The notes under the pieces were generated by a model. It had not been told where the DNA came from. It worked only from the letters and a program-made list of their open reading frames with translations, and ran no database searches. A DNA stretch of 64,000 nt from the NCBI GenBank assembly GCA_964270895.1, contig OZ185436.1. One strand, written 5' to 3'. This document shows positions 24,501 through 39,500 of the stretch, piece by piece; within the stretch, counting starts at the first letter, position 1, and the number at the start of each line of letters is the position of its first letter. A program made the position numbers and the translations under genes. This DNA comes from Podarcis filfolensis (lineage: Eukaryota).

Positions 24501-27500
24501 AGATGGAATAGTGGTTGTGATCGACATCAGCAGAAAGGGAGAGGTTGTTCATCGACTGAGAGGTCATGATGATGAAATACACTCTCTGGCTTGGTGCCCT
24601 GAGCTTGGGGAGGAAGGTATATGTGGTCGACAAGATGACTTCCAAGGTATGTTCCTGTACATGGGGCAAAGGGGTAGTGTTTGTTCTTGTGATCATCACC
24701 CTGTATGTATTGGGTGCTCTAAGGGCGCCTGAAGACTATGTAGAAGATCTTTCATTCAAAAATAAAGTAGTACTGTTTAACATGATTTCATGGTACTCTT
24801 GGAAGAAGACACTCCTGTTGGAGGTGTGACGGAAGAGGCAGCTGTAACAAAAGGCTATTACTTGGCATCAGGAAGCAAAGATCAGACTATCCGTGTGTGG
24901 AGCTGCACCAGAAGCAGAGGTAAGTGTATAAAAATTTGATTTGTTTTCCTTTGGCAAGGCATTCTTTGTGCATGTTTCTCAGTTTGCTTGCTTTGTGCAT
25001 CACCATTTTGACAGTTCACAGCATAGTACTGACATGTTGTAACTGCATTTAGCATCCCTGACATGCAATGTTTTGCTTCCCTAAGCAAGTATGACAAAAC
25101 CTCTTCGGATGCCATGTAATTTCTGGCACTGTTGTCATCCAAGACTGAGTGAAACATGAAGACAGAGCAGTGCCTTGGTTGAAGTGAAGGAGACTCTTAA
25201 ATCGAAAATGCAATCCTTTGCATGTTCAGTCAGAAATAAGCATTCTATGGATTTTCTTCCTTCTAAGTGTGCAAGAAATTGAAACCTATGAAGTCTGGCC
25301 TAGCTAGTCATAAGTTTTGGTGCCTTGTACTTCAGATAATCAAGGGCCAGGAGTTAGGTTGGATTCTAAGAACTGAGGCAAGAACATTTCATAAAGTTCC
25401 TGGTTATTCATAAGGGCACTTCAAATACATGTGAAGAGTCAGCTTTTCATTTTGGAAGACAGTTGTTTCGTGCTGTTCTCTCCCTTGTCCTGATATCAGT
25501 GGAGCCTGGCAGCACTTGTGGGTAAGCATGCTGTAACCATTCCTTCTGTTTCTGCAGTGGTAATGACTCTGAAATTGCCTTTTTTGAAAAGAAGAGGTGG
25601 AGGTGTTGAAACACCTGTGAAAGAACGCCTCTGGTTAACACTACATTGGCCCCCAAGTCAGCCCACACACATCTTATCCAGCTGCTTTGGGTGAGTACTA
25701 AATGCAGTGCAACAGTAATAGAAAACTCAATGCAAGCATGGGATTTGGGAATAATTCCTTGGCGTTCTGTAGCCTCCCCGTTTCTAGAGACTTCCTCCTT
25801 TCTCGGCAGCCTGAGCCATATATAGAATGTGATGTGTGAAACTTGGTGTGATGCAGTCTCTCCCATTCTTAATGGAAGGATTTCGTGTATATTACCCTTA
25901 CCATTACCATGTCTAGTGTTTTTTTGCATGTCTTGCTGTTATTTTCTTCACAGAGGTGAGCTGCTGCAGTGGGATTTGACTCAACATGGGAAGAGGAAAT
26001 GGGAACTTTTGGGAGCTTCATCCGAAGGACAAAACCACTCCAGAATAGCGTTCAATTTGTGTTCCTTGCAAGTAGAAGCTAGGCAGCTACTTCTCTCCAT
26101 TTCAATGGACAGGGATGTAAGAACCACAAGTCTTAAAATACTCCAGAGTTTTATTGTTTTGGTGGGTTACCCTGCTAAGTTGCTGTCAGTAGCCATGAAT
26201 CTGTTCCTAGCAAGCACCTATTCTAGCATTATGCAAAAGCACACAACATCTCTCCAAAATAATTACAGTGGTACCTCTGGTTACGTACTTAATTTGTTCT
26301 GGAGGTCCGTTCTTAACCTGAAACTGTTCTTAACCTGAAGCACCACTTTAGCTAATGGGGCCTCCCGCTGCTGCTGTGCCGCCGCCGCACAATTTCTGTT
26401 CTCATCCTGAAGCAAAGTTCTTAACCCAAGGTACTATTTCTGGGTTAGTGGAGTCTGTAACCTGAAGCGTATGTAATCTGAAGCGTATGTAACCTGAGGT
26501 ACCACTGTATCCACGTATTGCAAATAACTCCGGAAGGGGAGGGTGCTGAATGAATTAATATGGCGTCTGTCAAGGGCATTTGAGGGTTAACTGTTCCCAT
26601 AATTCACCTTGACTCGCTTTCCAGCTTTATTGTCTCATTATCATTGTCTGTGGACCTCCCATGATTTGCTCCGGTCTTTGCCTTCTTCAGCCTTCAGTTG
26701 TTCACAGCTCAGCTATCAGTGCAAAAAGCTGTCTGTCTTTTGTGTTACCTGTGGTTTTGGAGATAGTTTTCCATCTTCTGAGAATTACTTTCCTTGATAA
26801 TGTCAATTTTATAGAAGCAAAAAGTGATTGAAAGTCCTGTAATCTTTTAAGTTTTCAGCCGGGAAATAATCAGACCCAGCCTGGCCTTTTTTTTCTTTTC
26901 TTTTCTTGTATTTTGTGGAGACAGGGAAATGATTTTGGTCTGCAAGTTCTTAAAATTCCATATAGGGCCACTTAGTCATCTTTGGAGCAGATATCTGCTC
27001 ATCAGCACTGCTCCCCTTTTGTAAACGGCATGCTTCTGGAGAAATGTTTTGTTAATTCCCCCCCCCCAAAAAAAACCTTTAACTCCCCCCCCCCCCAATC
27101 TCTCTCTTTAGGTGAAGTGCTGGGACCTGGCAACTTTAAATTGCTGCTGGACGTTGCCTTCTCTTGGGGGTTTTGTGTACTGTTTGGCCGTTTCCCCCGT
27201 GGATACAGGCTGCCTTGCTGTAGGAGTTGGGGATGGCATGCTTCGGGTGTGGAACACCACGTCTATCAACAATCACTATGATGTGAAAACCTTTTGGCAG
27301 GGCATTAAATCCAAGGTCACAGCTGTAAGTGTGTGCTTTGATGCTTCTCTGTTTTTTAAAAAAGTTCTTCTGATTCCGAGATTGATATTGGTAGCAACCT
27401 AAATGGGGTACGACTAATGCTTGCTGTACCAGGAATGTATGGAAGCACCTAGAGTAGCAGAGTCCAATACCTGGCAGATTTGTAATAGTAAAAATAAATA

Positions 27501-30500
27501 CATTTTCTGAAATGGCAAATCTGATTTAAAATGATTGGCTTTCCAATTAAAATTTTCGCCTTTTGATAACCTGACGAATGTGGAAAGCAGCACCTTGTAT
27601 GGATAGAAATGAATCCCAGACATCCACAAAATGTTGAAAGCCTTGTGGCTCTTTCTGTTTGCAGTTGGCCTGGCACCCAAAGAAAGAAGGCTGTTTAGCT
27701 TTTGGAACAGATGATGGGAAAGTCGGCATCTATGACACCTACTCCAACAAGTAAGAAATGACTTGGCTTTTGTTGGTCTGTGTGAGTCGGCAGATTATAA
27801 CCAAACTAAAAAAAAATTGAAGAAATGTTATAAAGGTGGGGGGGGGAGTATTTTTTAAGGAGATTATAGAAGGTGGATAGGATAGAAGTCTACAAAATTC
27901 ACATTCTAATGCAAGAAAAGGAACTGTGTGCTCCTGAAATGTCATGCCGAAAATATTTACAGATATTCCAATAAACATAATTTTCTGAATAAAGCTTTGA
28001 ATTTGTTTTGAATATAAAATGTAAACCTTTTTTGTTAAGCTGATTTACTTCATTTAAAGTCATTCATAAGGTTAAAATCTGAGCAAAACTGGCATTGGAA
28101 AGCTCACAGTGATTTACTATTCTCTGAATTGAGACTCGGCATAAAAAATTGCATATGCAAAACAGAGCACCAACAGTCTCCTAAAATTTGCCGTGGTGGA
28201 ATGCAAAAGTATCTTGAAAAGTTCTGCCGTTCTAACTTTTGCTTCCTAACTTGCTTAGCCATTTTCACACTTTGATTTCTGTTTGCAATCTTTTTCAATT
28301 ATGCTTTGCATTTTACACTAGATAATGCATGCTCGGCAAGCTTTCTGTTAAATATGACACCCAAATTCTCCTTTAGGCCCCCACAGATCTCCAGCACCTT
28401 CCACAAGAAAACAGTGTACACGTTAGCTTGGGGACCTCCCGTCCTTCCGTTGTCCTTTGGTGAGTCGGGGGAATCCATCTAGGATCGCTGAAATAGCCTT
28501 TAAGAAGCTAACTAGCAGACAGTGGGGTGTCTATAGTCTCCAGCGTTAAGAATCAAAGCATAGTACAATACTTGTTTCCTCCTGCTCTGGAGGGTAGGAC
28601 TTGAGGCAATGGATTCAAATTAGAAGAAAGGAAATTACGACTAAGAATTCGGGTGGGGGGGCTTTTTGACACGAAGAACTGTTAGACAGTGGAACAGACT
28701 CCCACGAGAGGCGGCGGACTCTCCTTCCTTGGAGGTTTTTAAGCAAAGGTTGGATGGCCATGTGTCGTGGATGCTTTAGCTGAGATTCCTGCATGGTGGG
28801 GTTGGACTAGATGACCCTCGAGTCCCTTGTTTTATTACTTCTGATACATTCTATGTACTGTATGCCTGTCCCTGCATTCTCCAACATTACTGTGTACAAA
28901 GAAAAACAATTGACGTTTAAGGGTGGGGCAGTAGCGCATCTGGCTTAATTCTTCAGTGATTTTGTTGTCATGGGGAGAAGAGCCGTGTTGCATTAATGTA
29001 AATCATTGCATGGGGTTTTGCTAGCAGGATTTAATTAGTTGAATCCCGTCCGATATGTTTTGCTAAGCTGGTTAGCACACTTCTTTCTGCCAGTTGTATT
29101 CAAGGTGTCTGCTTTTAAAAAGAATAGCCGGTTTAATTTCTTTGTTTCTCTCTTGCAGGAGGGGATGGTGACAGACCTTCAGCAACTTTGTATAGTTGTG
29201 CAGGAGAGGGGATTGTCTTTCAGCACAATCCTTGGAAACTTGGTGATGAAGCCCATGACATCAACAAACTAATCAGAGAAACTAATTCAGTCAAAGTGAG
29301 TAAGAATTTACGGGCCATAGGTGAAATTCACCTGTTAAGTCTTCTCCATCTGTTCTGTGTTGTGCTCGTGGCAGTGCAGCCTTTGATACTGATGGGCTGA
29401 GTTAGGTGTGCTGCTGCTCAGGGAACCGAACAATTTGCAGTACAGTTTCTGAAGGAAAAGAGAGTTGTCAGTTCAGCTGGAATTAAAACTGTGGGCCAGG
29501 AAGAGCCTCCAGGGGGTTGGGAAGCTGAGGGAGTCCAGAGGCGAAGAGGCTGAAGGAAGGACAAGGGAATGGCAGGGCCTCTGAAGACCTAGTACGCTCA
29601 AGTTCAGGAGGTGGAACAATGTGATCTGAAAAGCAAAGACCTAAGAAAAGGATTGGGGTTTGAAACATGGAACTGAAGAAAAGTGAAACCATGATTAAAT
29701 TAGAACAGCAGGGAAATAGCGTAGGCATGAGGGGGAATGGGAATTGTGTACTATTGGAGGAAGGCAGTGGGAAGGAAAGGGAGTAAAAGGATCAAAGGAC
29801 TGCTAGGAATCTGGAATGGGAGTTTGATGGAAGAGAGAGTGTGCACACAGTGTCATCGCCATGAGTGTGTATGGGGCTCTGAGGAAAGAGAACCATCTTT
29901 TCCTTCCTTGTTGAGCAATGAAGAATGAAATCAAAGAAGAGGTGCTGGGAGGAAGGCAGCCACAATTGAAGTCAAAACTGTCTAGGTTAATTGTAGGGAC
30001 ACTTTCTGAAAGACATCTTTTTGGTCTTCTGTACTACTATTTTTTTTTTGTTGTTGTTGTCAGGCTTTATTCTAAATTTTAAGCTATGGAATTTATTCCC
30101 ACAAGAGCTAGTGATGACCATGAACTTGGATGACTTTAAAAGAGAATTAAACAAATTCATGGCTATTGATGGCTGCTGCCCTTGATGACTATGTATGTCT
30201 CTGAGGCAGTATGTCTGTGAATACCAGTAGCTGGGAAACTGCTGGAGAGGAGAGCCCTCTTAAGCTCAGGTCCTGTTTGCAGGCTTCCTATAGGCATCTG
30301 GTTGGTCACTGTGAGAAGAAGATGCTGGACTAGATGGGCTACTGGACTGATCCAGCAGGCTCTTTTTGTGTTGTTTTTCTCTTTCCTTTCCAGCTTTCAG
30401 CTATTCAATTTATTATTAGTTTATTTGTATTTTATATAGCATTGCATGGATCAGTTGTTTTGTTGTAAGCCGCTTTGAGCATGGTTTTTGTGTGTGTGGA

Positions 30501-33500
30501 AAACCAGCATACAAATAAGATGTATGACTGATAAACAAAACTTTGAGGTGTTGTTTTTCACTATATATAGGGTTTTTTTAAAAAAAAAATGTTTTGCCAT
30601 TTATTTGATACATTGTGGACCATTTGGGGCACAATCTTGTGGAAGAAAGCTACGTACAAATAGGCAGATGAGTGAATGAGAGCAGAATGCCATCAGCTGT
30701 CACTACAGCACTATGACAGTAACCCTGAGAGGATTACTGCAAGAGCAAAGTAAGAGGTTGCTGGCAAAGGGGCTGAATTTCACACTTCCAGTTCTTAAGC
30801 TGCAGGCTGCTACTCTGATTTCCATCCATCCCACAATTGCAAATCTGTTGTAGATTTAGCACACTTGAAATTCCAAACCTTCAATTACGAACTTGAGCAG
30901 ATGTTTTAAAGACCTCCCCAAACCTCAGCACATCTGTCTCTTGTTGGGGTTCTCTTTCTGCATGTTGGGGCATTGCATCGTCTCTTGTGGTGAGGCTGCC
31001 ATCCATTGTTCTTACTCTTCTGTAACCTATTTGCACAGGAAAGCCTGGATGAACAATTGACATGCCTTTGGCTTCTGGGCCAGCCATGTGTTGGCTGGGG
31101 CTGGCCTGAAGCTTTTCATAGTCTATAAGCACTCAGAATTTAGTTTCAAAGCTATAGCGTGTGCCTCCTTCTTGGCGTGAGCAAATGTCCTTAACGCCGT
31201 TCTGCCGAATTAAGGAAATAAGCAAGGAATGAGAGGCCAGAGAACAGGGGTAGAACAGAGGTTTTGAGCTCCCCCCTTTTGGCTTGTCGGACAATGGTGT
31301 GTCTCCTGAATTTTCCTGTTTACTTTTGTCATAGCGTTCTACATTCAGGGAGAAGTTGCAGTTGCTTTATAGGTTTCACACATCTGCGGCAAGATGTGTG
31401 GCTTGGAAATCCAACTACAAATGGAAAAACGTAATCAAATGGTTTCAGGCGATTGTAGGGAGGCGGTAGTTATATGGCCGCAAATGGCTTTTCCCCGCTG
31501 GTGTATCTTGTGCCAGGCCATGTTGGCATGTTGGCTGACTGAAATTGTTCACTTGTGAAAATTGGTGCAGGAATTTCATGGATTCCCATCTCCTTTGTGC
31601 CTCCGCTCTTAACCCAGGCAATTTTGGAAGAAACTGATTTTCTGGATCCATTTCAGTCAGGGTTTAGGCCTGGTTTCGGCACAGAAACTGCTTTGGTCGC
31701 CCTGTATAATGACCTCTGTCGAGAGAGAGAGACAAGGGAAACATGTCCCTGTTCTCCTCAACCTCTTAGCAGCTTTCGATACCATTGACCCATGGTATCC
31801 TTCTGGAGCGACTGTCCGAACTAGGAGTGGGTGGCACCGCTTTGTGGTGGTTCCATTACTACTTGGATGGTCGTTTCCAGCGGGTGTTGCTTGGGGAATG
31901 CTTTTCAGCCCCGTGGAACCTCCAATGTGGGGTTCTGCAGGGCTCAAACCTATCCCCTACATTGTTTAACATCTGCATGAAACCGCTGGGTGGGGTTATC
32001 TGGAGGTTTAGAGTACGTTGTCAGCAGTATGCTGATGACACTCGGCTCTATTTCTCCTTTACATCTGCAGGTGAGGCAGTGGAAGTGCTGGACCTAGTGT
32101 CTTGTCTCAGTAATGGACTGGATGAGAGCCAACAAACTGATACTCAATCCAGATAAAGCTGAGGCACTGTTAGTGGGTGGTTCTCTAGACCAGATAGGTG
32201 GGAGATCACCTGCTCTTGTTGGGGTTACACTTCCTCTGAAGGAGCAGGTTCATAGTTTGGGGGGTCCTCCTGGATTCTTTGCTGTTGCTCAAGGCTCAGG
32301 TGGTCTTAGTGGCCCGGAGTGCCTTCCATCAGCTTTGGTTGGTGGCCCAGCTGTTAGGACAGGGATAGCCTAACTACTGTTGTCTATGCTCTGGTAACTT
32401 CAAGGTTAGATTACTGCAATGTGTTATACGTAGGGCTGCCTCTGAAGACAGTTTGGAAACTTCAGCTAGTGCAGAATTCAGCACCAGGTTGCTCACCAGA
32501 GCCAGATGGTTTGAGCATATTACGCCGATCCTGGTCCGATTGCACTGGCTACCAGTTAGTTTCCAGGCCCAATTCAAAGTGCTAGCTTTGACCAATTAAG
32601 CCTTAAATGGCTCAGGGCCGCAGTACCTCATGGACCGCCTCTTTCCATATGAACTTACCTGGTCCCTGAGATCATCTTCTGAGGCCACTTCTTTGTGTGC
32701 CTCCTCCTCGAGAGGTCAGGAGGGTGGCAACATGAGAACGGGCCTTCTCTGCAGTGGCTCCCTGTCTGTGGAATGCTGTCCCCAGGGAAGTTCACCTGGT
32801 GCCTTCATTATCCACCTTTAGATGTCGGGCAAAAATGTTCCTTTTTAACCAGGCCTTTGGTTGATTTGATTGTGGGGTGTGGTTTTTGTTTGGGGGGCAG
32901 TTATTGGGTTGTTTTCATTTTGATTGTGTATTTTGTGGTTTCATACATTGCTTTTATTATTTGAACCGCCCTGAGACTTCTGCATATAGGACAGTATATG
33001 AATTCTAATAATAATAATAATAATAATCAGATCTCATGTATTTTATTTTTTGCTGGTTATATAAAAAGAGTGTCGGGACTATTGAGGTAGCTCTCTACTT
33101 CTTTGTCTATTTCATTTTAGCACAAACTACCAGCACACACAGAGATCAGCTGGAAACCAGATGGCAGCATCTTGGCTATTGGTAATGAAGATGGGTATGT
33201 ACTAACATTTAGGTTCATGCTAACTTTATATATGCAGTAGGCATTGTTGGTTTAAGGTCAGCACAGGGTGTACTTAACAACCTTCCAAATCTAACTTAAT
33301 TTTAAACATGACAAAAATAGAAGTGGCTTACTTGGACATACTAAGCTGTTTAATTTTTATTTATTTTTTTGCTAGCCTAAGGAGTTGCATATATTGTTTT
33401 GGGAAGGCAGGTGGCAAACGTTTTTGTTTGCCACATTATTCAACTTGTTAATTGATCATCTGTTCCTTTCTCCCCCTCCTTTATTTTTAATATTGCAGTT

Positions 33501-36500
33501 CTATTGAAATACTTCGGGCTCCTGACTTGAAACTCTTGTGCACCATCCAGCAGCACCACAAGCTCATCAATGCTATTCGCTGGCATCACGATCATGGGGC
33601 ACAGCCAGAACTGAGTTACATGATAGCTTCTGGCTCAAACAATGCTGTCATTTATGTACACAATATCAAGGGTGTCATAGGTAACTCTTGCTCATGCTTT
33701 TAGAACCTGCCACCAGTCACTCTGTTCAGACAGCAAACTGGCGGTGCTGCTATTTCTCCTCTTCCTGGGCATGTTGGCTCCTTCGTAGCTTCAAACACTA
33801 AAAGGTTCTTCCTTCTCCGTTTTTTTGAGCGATGCTCTGTGTGTATGTGCGTCATTGCACAGATCTGCTTTTATGGACGTGTCAAGAGATAACAGCAGCT
33901 AAGTCTGGAAACCTCATTTTTTGTGTGGTACAGAAAACACCTGTGTTCCTGTAAAACTATTTTCTCAGTGAAGTTTGGCATTCATGGGAGATTTCTGAAA
34001 AAACTGTAAACTATATGATAAAATTAGCCTTAATATTAGCATGTTGTCTTGGGTTTGGGGGGCCACTGGAACTAATGGGGTAATGGAGAACTGAAATGAT
34101 GACAGTAACACAGAACTAGCATGTTCAGGAGCTGATTGCGCAGTCAGAGATCCTAGATTTGACAGAAATTAGGTTATGCCCAACCAAAATCATGATCCTG
34201 GTCTGGTAATACCTGCTCAGATGAAACCATGAATCTTGGTAGATTCAAATTTGCTGAGCAAATAGGATTCAAGGAGTATATTGTTATTGAGTCACCATTA
34301 GCTTTGACCAGGCATAGGCAAACTTGGCCCTCCAGATGTTTTGAGACTACAGCTCCCATCATCCCTGACCACTGGTCCTGTTAGCTAGGGATGCTGGAAG
34401 TTGTAGTCCCAAAACATCTGGAGGGCCGAGTTTGCCTATGTCTGGCTTTGACAGTACGCTTTGCTTCCCTTACGTTGTGATGATTGCATTCCCCCCCCCC
34501 CAGTATTGTCGTGTTAAATCCACTGAAGTCAAACTCTTCAGAAATTCAAGCATTAATATTGTTGCTGTCTTGAGAGAACTGTGCAAGAAAACTATCATTG
34601 GGAACACATTACTTAACAGCTAATGTGTACGGCATTAGCCATTGTGACAGAAGATTTCTAGAGTGTGGACATGGGCTACTGTTCCCTTGTACTTGCACTG
34701 CCGAGGGTCTCTGACCAAATAACATTGGCATCTTTTGAAGCAATTTTTATTCTCTGACATGCATTTAGGAACATTTGTCCGGCTGCTTCCAACACCATGT
34801 ATTTTGTCTTTAGAAAACTCTCCAGAGAGACCTGTGACAATAACTGAACCCTTCCGTACTTTGGCGGGGCACACAGCTAAGATTACTAGCTTGTCTTGGA
34901 GCCCACATCATGACGGGCGGCTCGTATCTGCTTGCTATGATGGCACTGCCCAGGTATGATTGTGAAAGGGTTGTGATTTTTGTACAGTTCTCCCCTCTGC
35001 CACCGCTAATTAAACAGATAAGGGATTTAGGGATGCCTATTTTGCTCTTCTTTTTAATCAGGGAGAGTTGTATCTTGAATAGTGGCTTATTTTGCTACAT
35101 TTTGTACAGAGTACGCAATATGTGTGTGCTTTGTTAGGTGTTAAGGAGGCATGTGTGTAAATAAATGGAGGCAGCTGCCATGAAAGGGTCCTGCTTTAGG
35201 ATATTTTGTAGGTGAAATCAGCACTTGTATAGACAGGTGCATTCTTGTATTTTGTCTTTCTTTCAAAACGTAAGTAATAAGAAAAAACAACATAAGTTTC
35301 TTCCTAAGTGTACTTTGGTGTGTGTGTGTGTGTATATAGAATACAGGAAGTGTACTTTGGGTGGGTGTGTACACACACACACAGAGAGGAAACTGACCTT
35401 GTACAAATATGCCATGAGCAAAAAATGCCACATTAAGAAAAATGGGATGTGGGTGAAGAGAATGCCTATACATATAGTAGGCAATCTTTGCCTACAGACT
35501 CTGTTGGAAGTGCTGCTTGCTGTACTCCAAAGTGGGGTCTGGAGACTCAGATGCTCCTCCTCTGAGGTGACCCAGTTGCATTAGCCTTCTTACTGCAAAC
35601 AGGAAAAGTTTTGACTGCTTTTCTTAATGAGAGGTTATTTTTACAGGTTTGGAATGTTCTGAAGGAAGAGCCTTTGCACAACTACAGGGGACACCGGGGC
35701 CGGCTGCTTTGTGTACAGTGGTCACCTGTGGAAGCGGACTCCATTTATACTGGAGCAGATGACTTCTGTGTTCATAAATGGGTAGCTACAAAGCAAGAGC
35801 ACAGCCGCCCTCCCCAAGGTCAGTAGATTGCTGATGTGTTGCCACCAGGGGGCTAGGAAGGGGGTGAGGGGAAGTAGATGCATTTGCTTCTGCATTTAGT
35901 TCAGTGTTTCTCAAACGTAGCCCTAGTGAGTGTTCCTCAGTCAGCAGGAATTGAGGCCTCATGAAGTGTGGTGAAGATGAGAGCTCACCTGGCAGCATAG
36001 ACAGAGCTCCAAAGAAGGATGATGAGCACAACTCATCAGTGCAATTCGTCTGGTGCACCCTCCTTGAGTGAGGGTGTGTGACTATTCTCCCAAGCGCATT
36101 TTGAACGCACACAGCTTTTATTTTCAGGACATTTCTGTTATTTTGTAGGTAAGAAGAACATTGAATTGGAGAAAAAGAGAAACACTCAACTCAAACCAAA
36201 AGCCAAGAAGAAAAAGAAGCCCTTGGGAAAGGTGCCTTCAATACCGGATGTAAGTGACTGGGTGAATGGTGGCGAGAACGCGAAAGAGTCTTTCTTAGAG
36301 GAGAATGGCCTGTCAGACCAAGAGGGAGAAAAGGAGCAACAGGAGCAGGAAACAGTTGAAAGGATTTCCATGGAAGGTATCTACTTCGTTTGTACGTTTT
36401 CTTACACCATCTGTCCAAAGATTCCCCAGATCTTGTTTAAAGAACAGAAGGTCCCTCTCTGGTCTGCAAATGGAACTGTGGATATAATCATTTTAATACC

Positions 36501-39500
36501 AGTTCAAAGAGCGGAGATTAACTTTTAAGTGGTTATGAGAATGGCTGTCATCTTTATTCATTTTATTTGAAATTTGAATACCGAAAACAAAGTAGGACGA
36601 ACCCTTGGCACAAGTAGGATCTCTGCGCTCTTAGTTTCTGTAGCTCTGAAATCAGACTGTGTTATCTTTGAGGTAAACTAAACTGAACTGGAAGTTGGCC
36701 TACACTTCTCAGCTCTCTTACACTTTACCTGTTTTTCAACCAGCATTGAAAGCCAGAGGCCATGAAATATTTCATAGGAAATAAGAAGCATGTGAACATC
36801 AGTTCTATTTTGCCCAGCTTTTATTTATTTTTTCGAGTTTCTGTTTCCATAGCATGTATAAAATTGGCCATTTTTATGCTAGACGTTATGCAAATGTAGT
36901 TTTGTTATTCACTGTAGTTCATAAGGATTCTCCAGTGTGTTCACCGCTTGCCTGTGTGACCGATATTCCAAAACCACATGTGATCCACAAGACCCCGCTT
37001 GTGAGGAAGGATCAGTTTAAACCAGGTAGGTATGTATGCTGTAGGAGAAATCTAGGGAGGCTACATAGGATGGGGACTTGTTAAGCCTTCTTTGCTTTAA
37101 AAAGGAAATACATTTGCTTGTATTACTAATTGTGGTTTAGCGCACCTGACCGTCAGCCATGCTGCTTGGGGCTTATAGAAGTCCAAAATACCTGGCAAGC
37201 ACCAGGTTGGGGAAGGCTACTTTAGCTCTCAAATAATGATACTTTATGGTAGGCAAACCTGAGGTTAGCTATTCCCATTCAGTGAATATGTCAGCATGCT
37301 GTGCCCATAAATCCTGTCCAGTGTGTTTTGGAAATGAATTTCTTGAAGCCTGTGGCTAGAGATTCCCACTTGTAGCCTAGAACAATATTATGGCAACTCT
37401 CTTCTCAGGAACAGATTCTTCTATGAAGAGGAAAAAGCCTCGCTCCATCCTACCTCTCAGCACATCTATGGACCATAGGTCAAAAGAAGACCTGCACCAG
37501 GACTGTATGAGACTAGCAGCTTTCTTGCACTCCAAAGGTATGGGCAGCAAATTCAGTAACGATGGCTACGCTTGACTGTGCTCAGCTGAAATGTGTGTAC
37601 TGTTAAATAACACAGGTTGAAAATATGCAAAGTAGGCCAGGGTGTCTTTAATAGATGAATGCATATGAAACAGTAAATTGCCATTCCAGAGATTAAGCAG
37701 AAAATCTACTTGCGAACAAAAGGACATCAAACTGAACATAAGAAGAATGTGTGTATGGGAGAGCCTCAATCTGAGTGATCACCTGGAATCTATTCTTGGG
37801 GGGGAGGCCCATAAAGTAATTATGGTTTTAGGCCACAAACTTCACTGAGTTCTTCGTATATTAATAGTGCTTTATAAGTAATCGAGAACTGTAAAACTAC
37901 TCAAAATATTTTACCCTGTCGTGAGGAACATAAACATATATGTGAAACAGAAGGTGATCGTCTTTTGTTTTCTTTCTTATAGCTCAGAATGAAGATATAT
38001 CCTCTTGTTCAAAGGATCCTATCCATTTGGGGCTATTCACAGACAGACCTGCCCTGTACAGAATGATAGAAGCAGAAGGTTAGTCCTTGAATCCTAACTC
38101 AGGTTTTCCCACCTTCTTTTTTTTGGGGGGGGGGTGAAAAACATGGTGGGATATCTAGATATTTGTGTGGCTGTTTAGTACCTAGTGAATCCATCAAGCT
38201 TTAACTTCGAAATAAGTGGCTCCTCTAAATTCTCTTGTATGACGAATTGCCTAATATTCATTCCAACTACAGAAAATAAGGGTGGTGTGGGTAGGGTGGG
38301 TGTTTAAGGGGCTGAGGTGGCAGCATGGTCTCAAAATTTCACCATTAAACTGAAGAGCTCATAGTAGAAAGCCAGTTGTGTTCCAGCGGTGACTTGAATA
38401 TTTTATTGTTGTTTTGCTGTACGCATTTTTCCGTTCTCCTTCTGTGACGCTAACCAGGGAACACGTTTGGTTTCCCTCAGGAAAAAGCCACTTGGAGAAT
38501 GGACACCCGGAATTATTTCAGCAGCTCATGCTGTGGAAAGGAGATCTGAAAAGTGCTCTTCAGTCCGCTGCAGAAAGGGGAGAGCTGACAGACCAGCTGG
38601 TGGCCATTTCGCCAATGGGTATGTTTTGATATCCCTCACCCCGAAAGAAGCACCTGCTACTTTGCTACCAAGCAGGCTTAATCCAGACACAGCAAAATCA
38701 GGCTACTCTGAGGGCTTAGTGGCTGGACTCCGGAGAACAGAATAATTCTAAAGTGGTTTCCTCCCCCACAGTTAAGAATCCTGCGTTATCTTTACACTAC
38801 AAGACAAGAATGTTTTTCCGCTCTTGTAGGAAGTCCTTTCTTGTATGTGTTCACTTCATTGTTGTATTATAATTTTGCTGTCACTGTTTCAGCTGGCTAT
38901 CAGACCTGGGCATGGACTGTAGAAGCCTTCGCAAAGCAGCTCTCTTTTCAAGAGCAGTACGTTAAAGCCGCATCCCATCTCCTCTCCATTCATAAAGTGT
39001 ATGAGGCTGTGGAGCTGCTGAAATCACACAACCTTTTCAGGTTACTATACTCCTGTTGTTTTGATGGGTTACAATGTAGAACATCCCCCCCCCCCCCCGG
39101 CCGCTTAAAAACTAAAATACATTAAATCCTAGTTATTAAAAGTCCTGGGAATAGTGAACACTCAGATCCATTCCTTCAGTTGCATTTCTGGATATGTAAC
39201 GAAGGAAAATGTATTGCCAGATAAATCCATAGCTGGCAGCCTTTTAAGTGGCAGTGGGCAAAGATGGATATCAAGTTTAGCGCAAGGGTGTAATAAAGCT
39301 GGTATAGGAGCTGGTATAGGAGCTGATGTAGTTACTTTTCTCATTTTAAATAACACTGTATTCTGTTCCACCTGGTAAAGAACCAATTCACACGTGTTCA
39401 AGCCCCAAAAGATCAAGTGATTACTCGCTTGTACATGAACCATTGCAGATGAATGGTCATAGATAGGTCATATATGCCTGTTACTACGCAGATAAAATCC

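Noticed and set aside
30881-31132. 83-aa minus-strand ORF in GEMIN5 intron 11
   Set aside because: It has a non-ATG start, no splice support and no recognisable motif.
31377-31400. 9-bp stem-loop CACACATCT/AGATGTGTG in GEMIN5 intron 11
   Set aside because: It is too short to distinguish from chance, and there are no snoRNA boxes or miRNA-length stem.
36377-36385. U12-type intron (GTATCTACT; also GTATTGG at 40094)
   Set aside because: Neither matches the GTATCCTT consensus, and no U12 branch site is visible.
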